The notes: generated by a model from the sequence alone, not told the origin. 64,000 bases of DNA from Candidatus Poribacteria bacterium (GCA_965218095.1 OZ244587.1:2688001-2752000); one strand, 5' to 3'; positions 43,891-54,761 are shown, numbered from the stretch's first letter. Program-made: numbers and translations.

Positions 43891-45351
43891 ATGGCATTAA
43901 GGATTTACAATTCCCTCACAAGGCAGTTGGAAGAATTTGTGCCTTTACACGAGGGAAAAGTTCTCATGTACAGTTGTGGGCCAACCGTCTACGATTACTT
44001 TCATATCGGCAACGCCCGCACGTTTCTGGTTTCTGATGTCGTTCGTTGCTATCTTGAATATAAAGGCTACACAGTCAAGCTGGTCCAAAATCTAACGGAT
44101 ATTGACGATAAGATCATCAATCGTGCGAACGAACAGGGAATCAACGCATTTCAACTTGCGCAGAAATATGTGGACGCCTATTTTGAAGACTCGCAAAAAC
44201 TGGGTATCCGTCCTGCTGATGTCCACCCGAGGGCAACTGAACATATTCCAGAGATGATCGACCTGATTCAAACGCTGATTGATAAGAACATGGCTTATGA
44301 GGTTGATGGAGACGTGTATTACCGCGTCAACAGCTTTGCAGGATACGGAAAGCTCTCTCATCGGAAACCGGAAGATCTGCTCGCTGGCGCACGAGTTGAG
44401 GTTGACGAACGGAAGGAAGATCCACGTGATTTTGATCTCTGGAAGAAATCGAAAGCGGGGGAACCATCGTGGGATAGCCCGTGGGGGGAAGGGAGACCAG
44501 GCTGGCACATTGAGTGCTCCGCCATGGCGATGAAACATCTCGGTAAAACGATTGATATTCACGCCGGCGGTCATGACCTTCAATTCCCACACCACGAAAA
44601 TGAGATTGCCCAGAGTGAGGTGGCGACGGGAAAAGCCTTTGCTCGGTACTGGATGCATGTCGCGTTCTTGAGAGTTGATGGACAGCGGATGGCTAAATCA
44701 GGAAAGAATTTCATATATGTTCATGATGCTGTGCAGAAACATTCCCCTGAAGCGATTCGCCATTTTCTGATTTCCGCACAATATCGCCACCCACTAGATT
44801 ATAATGCAACAAGTTTGCAAGAATCGAGCAGCGCTATTCGACGGTTAAATAATTGTCTTGATGCGCTAAGACCGTATCGAGACGCGGAGGCGAATACACT
44901 TGATGAGGGGGCGTTGAACGACGCTGAAGCTGTCCTGCTTCTTCAATCAATGGATGCGATGCGTTATAACTTTGAGTCCGCAATGGACGATGATTTTAAC
45001 ACTGCGGGAGCAATGGGAGCGATTTTTAAGTTCGTCGGAGAAACGAATCAATTTCTCGCGGCGACCGAAAATAACTCATCAGATACGGGCAGAAAAGTGC
45101 GAAGTCAGGCATACAAAAGCCTTGTTAAAGTATGCAGCGCACTCGGCATCTACACCGATAAGGAAACCTCCAGCGATGAACACGAAGCCTTGATAGAACA
45201 GCTTATGGGTCTCATTCTGGAGGTGCGCCAGGATGCGAGGCAGCGTAAAGACTGGGAAACAGGGGATAAAATTCGTGATTGGCTAAAGCAACTCAATATT
45301 GAACTCCAGGATACCCGATCCGGAACAACCTGGAAAGTTATACCACGATAG
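43891..45351 (+). CDS. cysS: Cysteine--tRNA ligase
   Basis: CGPTVY..HIGNAR, GRPGWHIECS, FPHHENE, RMAKS. Confidence 0.97.
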   Translation: MALRIYNSLTRQLEEFVPLHEGKVLMYSCGPTVYDYFHIGNARTFLVSDVVRCYLEYKGYTVKLVQNLTDIDDKIINRANEQGINAFQLAQKYVDAYFEDSQKLGIRPADVHPRATEHIPEMIDLIQTLIDKNMAYEVDGDVYYRVNSFAGYGKLSHRKPEDLLAGARVEVDERKEDPRDFDLWKKSKAGEPSWDSPWGEGRPGWHIECSAMAMKHLGKTIDIHAGGHDLQFPHHENEIAQSEVATGKAFARYWMHVAFLRVDGQRMAKSGKNFIYVHDAVQKHSPEAIRHFLISAQYRHPLDYNATSLQESSSAIRRLNNCLDALRPYRDAEANTLDEGALNDAEAVLLLQSMDAMRYNFESAMDDDFNTAGAMGAIFKFVGETNQFLAATENNSSDTGRKVRSQAYKSLVKVCSALGIYTDKETSSDEHEALIEQLMGLILEVRQDARQRKDWETGDKIRDWLKQLNIELQDTRSGTTWKVIPR

Positions 45352-45665
45352 GTCATAACTTACACCACTACCATTTTGCATCTTGCATCTTGAATCCTGT
45401 ATCGATGCCAGATGCAAGATTCAGGTCTGGGACTCTCGCCCCGACAGATCGGGATAAACTGCGCGGAGATTCAGACGGCGCAAGCGTCATTTGTGACCGT
45501 CCGCAGATATCAAAGGGGATTCGTAACAATGTATCGTGCTTTGGGTCTATTATCTATTGTCGTTCATTGTAAAAAATTCCTGAAGGAATGAACTCTGAAA
45601 CTCACATTACACGTTTACACTTTTTGTGTAAGGATTCACCCCTAACCAAAGTAAGGAGGCAAAAT

Positions 45666-46244
45666 ATGCGTTTTGTGATACGAACACTGGGAATGTTGAG
45701 TCTGGTTTTCATGCTTGGCAGCTTGGGTTGTGCTGGCCCTCCAATTGATTGGGATAACAACCTCGCGGTTTTTGCTGAGAGCAAAGATCCAAAACTAAAC
45801 GACGATAACATACTTTCGGTCGGAGAAACGAGTCCGCTAATCAGTGAAGCAAAGGATAAGAAGTCCGTCGAGGAAGCTGATAACTATACACAGGCATCGC
45901 TTGAATGGGGCAAAAACCAGACAATCCAGTGCGTCACTGTGAAAGCTGGTCCGGGAGACCTCGAATTCTTTGAAGTCCAGTACCAGGATGATGAAGGAAA
46001 TTGGCATACGGTTGGCAGTGCCAGGAATCACGTGAGGGAAGAGTACAGACTCAAGTTGAACGCGCCAATCCACACCCGCAAATTGCGCCTGAAAGTCCCC
46101 AAAAAATGGGATTCCCGCCGAATCGGGGGCGCAAAACGCAGGACAAGGGGCGAAGGCGGCGCAGAGGTTAACATCTATAAGAAAATTCGTGATATTGGCG
46201 TTTATCCGCCCCTGCCACCGGAAAAAACAGCAACAGCGCAGTGA
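45666..46244 (+). CDS. Lipoprotein, possible discoidin/galactose-binding-like domain
   Basis: RBS AAGGAGG; lipobox SLGC; FEVQYQDDEGNW and IHTRKLRL patterns. Confidence 0.6.
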   Translation: MRFVIRTLGMLSLVFMLGSLGCAGPPIDWDNNLAVFAESKDPKLNDDNILSVGETSPLISEAKDKKSVEEADNYTQASLEWGKNQTIQCVTVKAGPGDLEFFEVQYQDDEGNWHTVGSARNHVREEYRLKLNAPIHTRKLRLKVPKKWDSRRIGGAKRRTRGEGGAEVNIYKKIRDIGVYPPLPPEKTATAQ

Positions 46245-46256
46245 GATCTGCAGATC

Positions 46257-47474
46257 ATGTTATCCGCTGAAGCAAAAAGTTTGATTCAGCTCAACCTTAT
46301 TCCTGGTGTTGGAAATCATACTATCCGACGCCTGTTAGCGGCTTTTGGATCTGCGGAGAAAACGCTTGCCGCGACATCAAAGGAGTTAGCCCAGATCGAT
46401 GAGCTGACTCCCGATGTCTGCCGGCGACTGATTGACGGCAGATCGCACGTTTCCTTAGCGCGCGAACTCGAACTCATCCAAACGCACCAGTGCCACATCG
46501 TGACCATCAACGACAAATCTTACCCCGCCCTCCTTAAACAGATTGATGACCCGCCCCTACTCCTTTATATCAAAGGCCAATTGTCCCTGCAGGATACAGC
46601 GAGCGTCGCAATTGTCGGATCGCGCAACCCTACCAATTACGGTAAAACGATAAGCCAGCAACTGAGCTATCAACTCGCAACGCATGGCATAACAATTGTA
46701 AGCGGATTTGCACGTGGCATTGATACCTGTGCCCATCGAGGCGCCCTTGAAGCCGGTGGGAAAACCATCGCAGTATTGGGGTGTGGGCTGAGTATTGTAT
46801 ATCCGGAAGTGAACAGGGAGCTTATAGATGAAATCATCAAATACGGTGCGTTGATCTCTGAATTCCCGATGACGATGCCACCAAAAGGAACCAACTTCCC
46901 TCGCCGAAATCGCATAATTAGTGGTTTAACGCTGGGTACACTTGTTGTTGAAGCGTCGGAACGCAGCGGTTCGCTGATTACCGCCCGTCACGCCGCCGAA
47001 CAGGGCCGAGAAGTTTTTGCTGTACCGGGGCAAATCTTCTCTAAGATGTCACAAGGTACGCATTATCTCATCAATCAAGGGGCGACGCTGATTCATACCG
47101 TTGATGATCTCCTAGATATATTGCCTCAAGACTATGCGAAAGTCCCTGCGCAAAAATCATCCCCTCGTCAACCACTTCCCCAGAAGGATAAGGGGTTCCA
47201 AACCCCTACACCGCGATCAGAGGAGAAGGCGAAACCTGAACCATCGTTACCTTCTCAACCAGAGACGACAGCCAAACCCGATCCGGCTCCGCCCTTACAA
47301 CTGAGTTCCGATGAACAAGCTGTTCTGTCAGCGATCGATTCTCCTACGTCCCATATTGATCAGATTGCGCGGGTAACGCAACTGCCCATCGGTAAGGTCT
47401 CCTCGCTCCTCGTTATGCTTGAACTGAAAGGGCTCATTCAACAGGCGCCGGGAAAACAGTTTGCCAAAAAATGA
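46257..47474 (+). CDS. dprA: DNA-processing protein DprA
   Basis: AIVGSR, VSGFARGID, FPRRNRIISGL, SGSLITA, GREVFAVPG, C-terminal winged helix. Confidence 0.96.
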   Translation: MLSAEAKSLIQLNLIPGVGNHTIRRLLAAFGSAEKTLAATSKELAQIDELTPDVCRRLIDGRSHVSLARELELIQTHQCHIVTINDKSYPALLKQIDDPPLLLYIKGQLSLQDTASVAIVGSRNPTNYGKTISQQLSYQLATHGITIVSGFARGIDTCAHRGALEAGGKTIAVLGCGLSIVYPEVNRELIDEIIKYGALISEFPMTMPPKGTNFPRRNRIISGLTLGTLVVEASERSGSLITARHAAEQGREVFAVPGQIFSKMSQGTHYLINQGATLIHTVDDLLDILPQDYAKVPAQKSSPRQPLPQKDKGFQTPTPRSEEKAKPEPSLPSQPETTAKPDPAPPLQLSSDEQAVLSAIDSPTSHIDQIARVTQLPIGKVSSLLVMLELKGLIQQAPGKQFAKK

Positions 47475-47554
47475 TTATTTATGGGGCTGGTTCAAAAATA
47501 GGTTGACACTTTAGCCTGATTGTTGTGCTTAAATGTGACAGGAAGACCTGAATT

Positions 47555-48517
47555 ATGCGAAGACCCTTAGACTTTGAAAAACCGCTACTTGAGTTAAATC
47601 AACATATCGCCCAACTCCGGATGCTTGCTGAAGCGAATCCGGAGTTGGATCTTACAAAGGGAATCAAAGCCCTCGAAGAAAACACAAAGCAGCTTACAAA
47701 GCAAGCCTTTCAAAAGCTGACGCGGTGGGATAAAGTTTGGCTGTCACGGCACGAGGAACGTCCCCACGCGCCGGTATACATCAGCGCTATTCTGCAAGAT
47801 GCGATTGAACTGTATGGTGACAAATTGTATGCCGATGACCGAGCGCTAGTTGGTGGACTGGCTTGGTTTAGCGGTCAACCGATTGTTTACCTCGCTCAGC
47901 AGAAAGGCACAAACATCAAGGAACGGCAAGAGATGAACTTTGGGTATACCCGCCCGGAAGGATACCGCAAAGCACGACGGTTGATGAAACTGGCGGAGAA
48001 GTTCAATCGTCCGTTGATCTGCTTCGTTGATACACGTGGTGCGCATTACGATGCAGAATCGGAGGAGCGCGGGCAATCCATCGCGATCGCGGAGAATCTC
48101 GCTGAGATGTCCAGGCTGCGCATCCCGATCATCGTTGTGGTGATTGGCGAGGGCGGCAGCGGAGGCGCCTTAGCCATCGCTGTCGGGGATCGTGTGCTGA
48201 TGATGGAGTACGCAATCTACTGCGTTGCCGCGCCCGAAGTGTGCAGCAGTATTGTGTGGAAGGATAACGGCGAACGCGCTCCAGAAGCCACAGAAGGTTA
48301 CAAGCCTGCTGCGGAAGATCTCTTGAAATTCGGTATCATTGACGAGCTCATCCGTGAACCACTCGGTGGAGCGCACCGCGATGTGGCGTTGGCGACCAGA
48401 CGGGTCAAAGCTGCAATTAAGAAGCATCTCAAGGAATTGATGGAGATAGATCCGGCGCTTTTGGTTCAACAGCGATGTGAACGCTATCGGAAGATCGGGA
48501 TCTACGGTGAATCATGA
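47555..48517 (+). CDS. accA: Acetyl-CoA carboxylase carboxyltransferase alpha
   Basis: LDFEKP, PEGYRKARRLM, GEGGSGGALA, EPLGGAHRD. Confidence 0.95.
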   Translation: MRRPLDFEKPLLELNQHIAQLRMLAEANPELDLTKGIKALEENTKQLTKQAFQKLTRWDKVWLSRHEERPHAPVYISAILQDAIELYGDKLYADDRALVGGLAWFSGQPIVYLAQQKGTNIKERQEMNFGYTRPEGYRKARRLMKLAEKFNRPLICFVDTRGAHYDAESEERGQSIAIAENLAEMSRLRIPIIVVVIGEGGSGGALAIAVGDRVLMMEYAIYCVAAPEVCSSIVWKDNGERAPEATEGYKPAAEDLLKFGIIDELIREPLGGAHRDVALATRRVKAAIKKHLKELMEIDPALLVQQRCERYRKIGIYGES

Positions 48518-49029
48518 AAATCCGAACCATCACCACAGGAATCCCCTCCGCATTTTCCCCTGAACAGTTGCAATGCGCCGTAGACTTCAATCATCGCTGT
48601 CAGGAGCGATTTGAAGCGAATAGATACGAAGTCCAAACTACACGGTTGAGTAGCTAGGCGTGGAGCGAAATCTCCAATCTCGATCAGGCCCTTGAATTGG
48701 GCGTCGAATTTTTCAGCTTGGGAACAATCTTCCCTGATCTGCCCCAAACGCCAACTCATCTTGATGTCGTCAGCCGTGAAGGTTATTTTAATCTGGATAG
48801 TCTGCTGCTCTACTCTGCTGTCTGCGGCACCGGGCTGGACACCATCCCAATTCCCGGCGATACGTCCGTTGATCAGATTCGCGCCATCCTGACTGACGTC
48901 GCTTCCCTTTCGATCCGATGGGGTAAACCTCTTTCCGCCCGCCTCTTTCCTGTGCCCGGCTTGGGTACAGGTGAACTCACCCACTTTGATTCTCCTTACT
49001 TGACCAATACCACCGTCATGGTGCTTTGA
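48514..49029 (+). pseudogene. DUF711-family protein, internally deleted and frameshifted
   Basis: Starts MKIRTITTGI and hits an early stop; C-terminal YSAVCGTGLDTIPIPGD...KPLSARLFPVPG. About 0.5 kb against the >1 kb expected. Confidence 0.7.
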
Positions 49030-49228
49030 TGAAAACAGCCCAACTGTGCGTTCCCTTTCAAATTCCTGCGATCTGCGTTGACAGTGCCCTAACGATGTGT
49101 TATCCTATCTAACGAAATGAGCAGGGGTATTCGCAGAAGAGCAAGAAGAAGATCAACAGTGGACGGAATTGACAGGTACTCAAATAGATCATCTATGAGA
49201 TTGAAGGGGAAAGGAGACAGTAGATCCT

Positions 49229-49978
49229 ATGAGACTCGAAGGTAAAGTTGCAATCATCACAGGCGCTGCCTCCGGAATCGGGGTGGCAACCGCACTTTTA
49301 TTTGCAAAAGAAGGTACGAAGGTCGTGGTCGCGGATCTGAATGAGTCTGGGGGTAACGAAACGGTTGACCAAATCCGTTCTGATGGCGGTGCGGCGATCT
49401 TCGTCCGCACCGATGTAACTTCAGCCAAAGATGCGGAAGCGATAGTGAAATCGACAATTGACGCTTACGGCAAATTGGATGTGCTGTTCAACAACGCAGG
49501 AATTGCGATGCGCCTGCCCGTCGCTGATTTACCGGAGGAAGATTGGGATCGCTGCATTGAGATCAACCTGAAAGGGATCTTCCTCGGCTCGAAGTACGCG
49601 ATACCCGAGATGATCAAAAACGGCGGGGGCTCGATTATCAACATGGCGTCGATGTTCGGCATCGTCGGTGCAAAAATCCGCGCAGCTTACGTTGCCTCCA
49701 AAGGCGGTGTCGTCAATTTGACCCGCGGCATGGCGCTTGACTATGCCCCCAATAACATTCGCGTCAACTGCATCTGTCCCGGCTTTACCGATACACCGCT
49801 TATTCAGGCCATCGTGCCAACGCCGGAGGCGCGTCAAGCCCTTGGAGAAGATCATCCGATGGGGCGTCTCGCTACTCCACTGGATATTGCCTACGGCGCC
49901 TTGTATCTTGCGTCGGACGAATCATCCTTTGTGACGGGAATTGCCCTACCGATTGACGGCGGGTATACGGCGGGATAG
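49229..49978 (+). CDS. Short-chain dehydrogenase/reductase
   Basis: TGAASGIG, NNAG, YVASK, RVNCICPG. Confidence 0.93.
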   Translation: MRLEGKVAIITGAASGIGVATALLFAKEGTKVVVADLNESGGNETVDQIRSDGGAAIFVRTDVTSAKDAEAIVKSTIDAYGKLDVLFNNAGIAMRLPVADLPEEDWDRCIEINLKGIFLGSKYAIPEMIKNGGGSIINMASMFGIVGAKIRAAYVASKGGVVNLTRGMALDYAPNNIRVNCICPGFTDTPLIQAIVPTPEARQALGEDHPMGRLATPLDIAYGALYLASDESSFVTGIALPIDGGYTAG

Positions 49979-50412
49979 GGAATTGGTTAACTCCCCCATA
50001 GCCGTCAATTTAAGGCTTCCGTTGTAGTGGTTCAGCAACTTTGAGCAGACGTTGGAAAGTGGAAGGTTTCGATTTTCCCCCAGAGATACGACACCCGTTG
50101 GCTAAAGCCCACTTGACATCTTCGAGTACATTGATGAGCCGCTCAACCGATGGCAATGCAAACGCCGCAGCAATTGCCAATGCATATTTGGGGAATTGGT
50201 TGACTCCCCTCTCCGTTTCGTCTCACTTCCCTCTCCTCGTAGGCTTATCTTTACCCACATCTTTGCAACAGATGGCACAATGGTCCAAAAACCACCGCGC
50301 GGAATTTCCATTGAGTTCAGCAGTGCGGTTTACCGGGGCCGCCGCAGCGATTGGTTCGGTAGGTAGAACATGCTGATTTCAGGGATTTTCCATAATGAGA
50401 CAGAAATCGCTT

Positions 50413-50623
50413 CTTAGAAATAGGGCGTAGTTGGTGTTAAAGTGTAAAGCAGTTGAGCCAGATAGGCACGAACCGCTCAAACCAACTGACGCCGGTCAAG
50501 AAACAGGGCCGCTCAAGTCGTAGAAACGCTCGCAATGCCAGTCCAATATGATTGCGTTGCGCAACTCCCTTGCGAACCATGGACCGCTCAACACCGATTT
50601 TCTGTCTAGGTGCGTAACTCCTA
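50413..50623 (-). mobile_element. IS701-family remnant
   Basis: GVERSMVRKGVAQRNHIGLALRAFLRLE...GVSWFE resembles the IS701 transposase C-terminus. TAGGAGTTACGCA terminal-repeat-like sequence at 50611-50623. Confidence 0.65.
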
Positions 50624-50652
50624 TAGAAGAAAAATATCACACAAAAGCACAT

Positions 50653-50800
50653 GCCTAACCTGTCGTTGCAGCCCTAGGTGGGAGCTGCGATTTTATCAAT
50701 GTTTTTAGGGTTGCGGCGAGTTTTGGTTTATCGGACGTTTTCGGCAAACCCCTGCCGTGCTCGTCCGATTCATCGGACAACTGAACTTTGTTCGTTAGGA
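50653..50800 (+). other. attC-like integron recombination site (148 bp)
   Basis: R'' GCCTAAC, then CTGTCGTTGCAG (L''); at the other end CTGAAC (L'), TTTGTTC and GTTAGGA (R'). Typical attC spacing with an extrahelical G. Confidence 0.7.
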
Positions 50801-51272
50801 GGCTTACAACTAACGGGAAGCAAATTGGCAGATTTGGTACTTGACAGGTAAGCGGTACTTTATCTAAGGATTTGCATTATGAGCTAACTTTTCCTAAATT
50901 ATGCCCTGATCTGTTGAAGCCTCGCGCCTGTCAGTGGAGAAATCTGAGCAAATCGAGATCTATTGGTCTCGGCGAGACCGTCCGTATTGAAGTGCTGCAA
51001 GAATTTCAATTTGAAAAACATAAACTGTCTCTACCAATCATTCGGTGGTACGCCGACGGAATGCTCGAAGTTGTTGACAGAAGGGGCATTATAAAGGAAC
51101 TGTGAAATGATAGTGATTCCAATAATGTGGAATGCTTTGAAATAATCTGATAGAGAAGTTGCCCTTGACGGAATTAAAGAACTTGGGTTTGAGGTCATTG
51201 AACTTAGTCAACACATTCACACCAAAAGTGTATCAAATTTGACACAACTTTCGCTATTACAAGAGGCGTAAC

Positions 51273-54200
51273 ATGGGATTTTTTAAACGCATATCCACCA
51301 TCTTCAAAACCAATGTGAATGCTGCATCGGATGAAGCGGAAGATTCGGACAAGATGTCGAATCAGATAACGGCTGACATGCAGGAACAACTAGTAACAAC
51401 CAAACAGCAGATCACTACCCATCTCTCACAGGAAGATTCCATTGAGAAGCTAAACTTAACCGAATATTCCTTTAACGTACTCACACACGCAGGTGTTCAG
51501 ACAGTTGGAGAACTCTTAAAACTAGTTGAATCAGGTGAACTCCGAGCCATTCACGGTCTTAGAAGTACATCTATCTTAGAAATAGAAGTTAAGTTGACTC
51601 AGGTGAAAACCCTTGACGATTCTGAGAGTGAAGCAAATACAAATACAACTTCAGACCAGAACGATGTTTCCCTTTCACGAGAAGCGTCCACTGAAGAACA
51701 GAGTTTAACCCAACACACAGACCTTCGGACGGTTAGAGAGGGCGGGCAACAGGTCGAATCAAGCGAACCCCCAACTATTTCTGAGGTTGAAGCGGATACG
51801 GACGCAATACCAGACCAAAATGATATGTATCTTTCACGAGGGGATGCCATTGAGAAATTAAACTTGAGTAGACATTCCTTTAATGTGCTCACACGCATAG
51901 GTATTCGGACGGTTGGAGAGGTCTTACAACTATTTGAATCAGCCAGACTTGAAATGATTCGCCAGGCCTTTGGAAGAAAATTCACTTTAGAAATAAGAAC
52001 TAAGCTGGCTCAAGTGAAAATCCTCGACAATCCCGAAGTTGAGAAGAATACGGACGCAATCCTAGGCCAAGATGATGTGTCTCTTTCGCGAGAAGACTCT
52101 ATTGAGAAATCGAGTTTGACCCAGCACTCCCCCAACCAGCTACACACAGAGAGTCAGACGGCTGGAGAGGGCGCACAACACGTTGAATCAGGCGAAATCC
52201 AAACTAGCTCTGAGGGCACAGCAAATACGGCTCCAGACCAGAATGATGTTCCCCTGTCACAAGAAGATTCTACTAAAAAAATAAGGTTGACTCGAGATGC
52301 CCTTGATCAGCTCAAACAGACAGATGTTCGGACAGTTGGAGAGCTCCTACAATGGGTTGAATCAGGTAAACCACATACTACACCTGATCTTGGACAAAAA
52401 CCTATCTCAGAAATAAAAGGAAGGTCGGCTCAGGCGAAAACCCTCGACGAGTCTGAAACTGAAGCAAATACAACTCCAGATCAGAATGATGTCTCCCTTT
52501 CACAAGAAGATTCCGTTGAGGAACCGAGTTTGACCGAACACCCTGCCAATCCACTCATATACACAGATAGGCAGGCGGTTGGAGAGGCCGCACAACGGGT
52601 CGAATCAGGCGAACTCCCAGCTATCTCTGAGGGTGAAGTGAATATAGACACAATGCTAGACCAAAACGATACCTATCTTTCACGAGGAGATACGATTGAG
52701 AAACTAAGTTTGCCCCAGCGCTGCCTCAACGCACTCAAAGACGCAGATATTTGGATGGTTGGAGAACTCTTAAAACTGGTTGAATTAGGCAGGCTTGGAG
52801 CCATCCGTGGACTTGGACAAAAATCTATCTCAGAAGTAGAAGAGAGGTTGGCTCAAGTGAAAATCTACGATAATTATGCCCATCTCTCGCTGGAAGATCC
52901 CATTGACTGGCTATACTTAACTCCACGTTCCTTCAACACGCTCATGCGTGCAAATATTCAGACAATTGGAGAACTCTTACAGTTGGTTGAATCAAACGGG
53001 CTCAAAATTATCCGTGGACTTGGACAAAAATCTATCTTAGAAATAAAAGAAAAGTTGATTCAAGCAAAAATCCTTAATGATTCTAACGTTGAAGCGAATA
53101 CAGATGCAATTCCATGGGTAGTTGTCAGATGGCAATCAGAATTAGTCAGTAAGCAACTATCAAGAGGGCTGCTTCACGAGGAGGCAATTATTGCAGAAAA
53201 ATTGATAAAAGACTGGCTTGCAGAGATTGAAACGATAGAGAGTAACCGTGTATATAAGGTGTTAGCGGTCATTTTGGGTTCCTCACTCAACATCTGTGAA
53301 GAGATTGAATTCCTCCTCAACCAGATTCCTGGACAGTACCGTATGACTATTTTGCTCTCCACGTATGGTTTTAAACCTAAAACCCTGGCACAAACTGGGG
53401 GTGAACTAGGCATCTCACGTGAAAGAGTGAGGCAGATAGGTAATGAGCTCAAGGACAAAGTGACATCTATCAATGACCTCAAGGGTAGAGCTGCTTTGCT
53501 CAGAATGCAGTCAGCTTTCCTTATCGCCAGAGATTTAGGCCTGGATATTACCTATGAACAGTGGACGCAGCGCATTCGGTCATCAGGACTCGTTGGCGAT
53601 TGGACATCACAGGACTTCGTTGGTGCAGATGCGGTCGAGGTTATGATTGCAATTTGCAACCTGCTGGCAGATTGTAAAATTCGTTGGCTACAAATGCCTG
53701 AGAATTTACAGTATGCTGTACAACTTGCAACTGCAGGTAAGCCAAATGTCCGGGCTAAGATTCCACATGCGCGTGATACTCTATCTGATGAAGTCAAAAG
53801 ACTCATCAACCGACACACAAAGTTTTCCGGAGGCGTACACGCCAAGTGGCTTTCAGAAGAAAGCGAAAGAGAATTAGAAGAGATAAAAGACATATTGCAG
53901 GGGCTAGAATACAGAATGCTTTCCAAAGACTGGTTTGCCCCTCACCAAATCTCATATGGTGACGTTTTCCATCGTTGCCTGCGTCAGATGTTTCAGTACT
54001 GCGGGCAATTAGGTATTGATGACATCTGTGCTGGTATTAGACATGGGGTATCAAGGTCAGGATTCTCTGAACCAGAATACCTAGTAAGCAAGGATATTAT
54101 CCGATCGAGGTCAGTATTCCCTGTGCCTCCTCCTGATGTGATGGCTGAGATACTTCGGATTGACGGCTATCAGTGTGACGATGAATTGTACTATTGGGAT

Positions 54201-54761
54201 GGTGCCTACGACGAGAATCTAAGTAAAGGCGAGACCATCATAATGAATTGTTTAGAGCAAATCGGACCGGTGTTGCATCATTCGGAATTAGTCCACACCT
54301 TCATAGAAAGCGATCTGTCTTTTCCCTCATTGCATGCGACCCTGCAGCGCTCTCCTTTGTTCGATAAGATAGAGTCAGGTTTATACAAACTGCGCGGGGG
54401 AGAAGTAACCTACCAAGATATAGAACGTGCCAAAGCCGCTGGAGAACCGCAATCACTTTGTCCGGAAGTGGAGTACGATACAAACGGAAACATCATCGTG
54501 AGTGTCACCCTCAGCGCAATTGCTGTGGGCTCAGGCACAATTTCTTGCGAACGATTTCCAGATCTAAGCGGTGCAGATTGGGAGTGCTACGTCGGTAGTG
54601 AGAGGGCAGGTGAACTAAATGCAGTTGAGAATGAGTTTCGACACTTGAAAAAGCCTTTTGAATTATTAAACTGTCAGCCGGGGGAGCGTCTGAAGTTTAC
54701 ATTCAACACATGGGAAAGAACGGTTACAATAGAAAAGGAGGGGCTGGATGCAAAAGGTTGA
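51273..54761 (+). CDS. Multidomain protein: PspA-like N-terminus + tandem RNAP alpha-CTD-like repeats + sigma70 region 4 HTH + C-terminal winged helix (HARE-HTH-like)
   Basis: MGFFKRISTIFKTNVNA..DEAED.DKM..Q...DM; repeats such as IDWLYLTPRSFNTLMRANIQTIGELL...IRGLGQKSILEIKEKL; YG..PKTLAQTGGELGISRERVRQI; LHATLQRSPLFDKIESGLYKLRG. Confidence 0.8.
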   Translation: MGFFKRISTIFKTNVNAASDEAEDSDKMSNQITADMQEQLVTTKQQITTHLSQEDSIEKLNLTEYSFNVLTHAGVQTVGELLKLVESGELRAIHGLRSTSILEIEVKLTQVKTLDDSESEANTNTTSDQNDVSLSREASTEEQSLTQHTDLRTVREGGQQVESSEPPTISEVEADTDAIPDQNDMYLSRGDAIEKLNLSRHSFNVLTRIGIRTVGEVLQLFESARLEMIRQAFGRKFTLEIRTKLAQVKILDNPEVEKNTDAILGQDDVSLSREDSIEKSSLTQHSPNQLHTESQTAGEGAQHVESGEIQTSSEGTANTAPDQNDVPLSQEDSTKKIRLTRDALDQLKQTDVRTVGELLQWVESGKPHTTPDLGQKPISEIKGRSAQAKTLDESETEANTTPDQNDVSLSQEDSVEEPSLTEHPANPLIYTDRQAVGEAAQRVESGELPAISEGEVNIDTMLDQNDTYLSRGDTIEKLSLPQRCLNALKDADIWMVGELLKLVELGRLGAIRGLGQKSISEVEERLAQVKIYDNYAHLSLEDPIDWLYLTPRSFNTLMRANIQTIGELLQLVESNGLKIIRGLGQKSILEIKEKLIQAKILNDSNVEANTDAIPWVVVRWQSELVSKQLSRGLLHEEAIIAEKLIKDWLAEIETIESNRVYKVLAVILGSSLNICEEIEFLLNQIPGQYRMTILLSTYGFKPKTLAQTGGELGISRERVRQIGNELKDKVTSINDLKGRAALLRMQSAFLIARDLGLDITYEQWTQRIRSSGLVGDWTSQDFVGADAVEVMIAICNLLADCKIRWLQMPENLQYAVQLATAGKPNVRAKIPHARDTLSDEVKRLINRHTKFSGGVHAKWLSEESERELEEIKDILQGLEYRMLSKDWFAPHQISYGDVFHRCLRQMFQYCGQLGIDDICAGIRHGVSRSGFSEPEYLVSKDIIRSRSVFPVPPPDVMAEILRIDGYQCDDELYYWDGAYDENLSKGETIIMNCLEQIGPVLHHSELVHTFIESDLSFPSLHATLQRSPLFDKIESGLYKLRGGEVTYQDIERAKAAGEPQSLCPEVEYDTNGNIIVSVTLSAIAVGSGTISCERFPDLSGADWECYVGSERAGELNAVENEFRHLKKPFELLNCQPGERLKFTFNTWERTVTIEKEGLDAKG
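51423..53113 (+). repeat. Eight intragenic tandem repeat units (alternating long/short)
   Basis: Units begin LS(Q/R/L)(E/G)(D/A) at 51423, 51672, 51831, 52083, 52254, 52497, 52677 and 52884. A recurring CAGACCA.AA.GATG DNA motif precedes several of them. Confidence 0.85.

Noticed and set aside
50000-50395. Short ORFs between the SDR gene and the IS701 remnant
   Set aside because: Interrupted by stops, no recognisable family; probably decayed DNA.
51273-54761. Calling this gene rpoA, a sigma factor or pspA
   Set aside because: It lacks the alpha N-terminal domain, sigma region 2 and the PspA coiled-coil body; only isolated modules are present.
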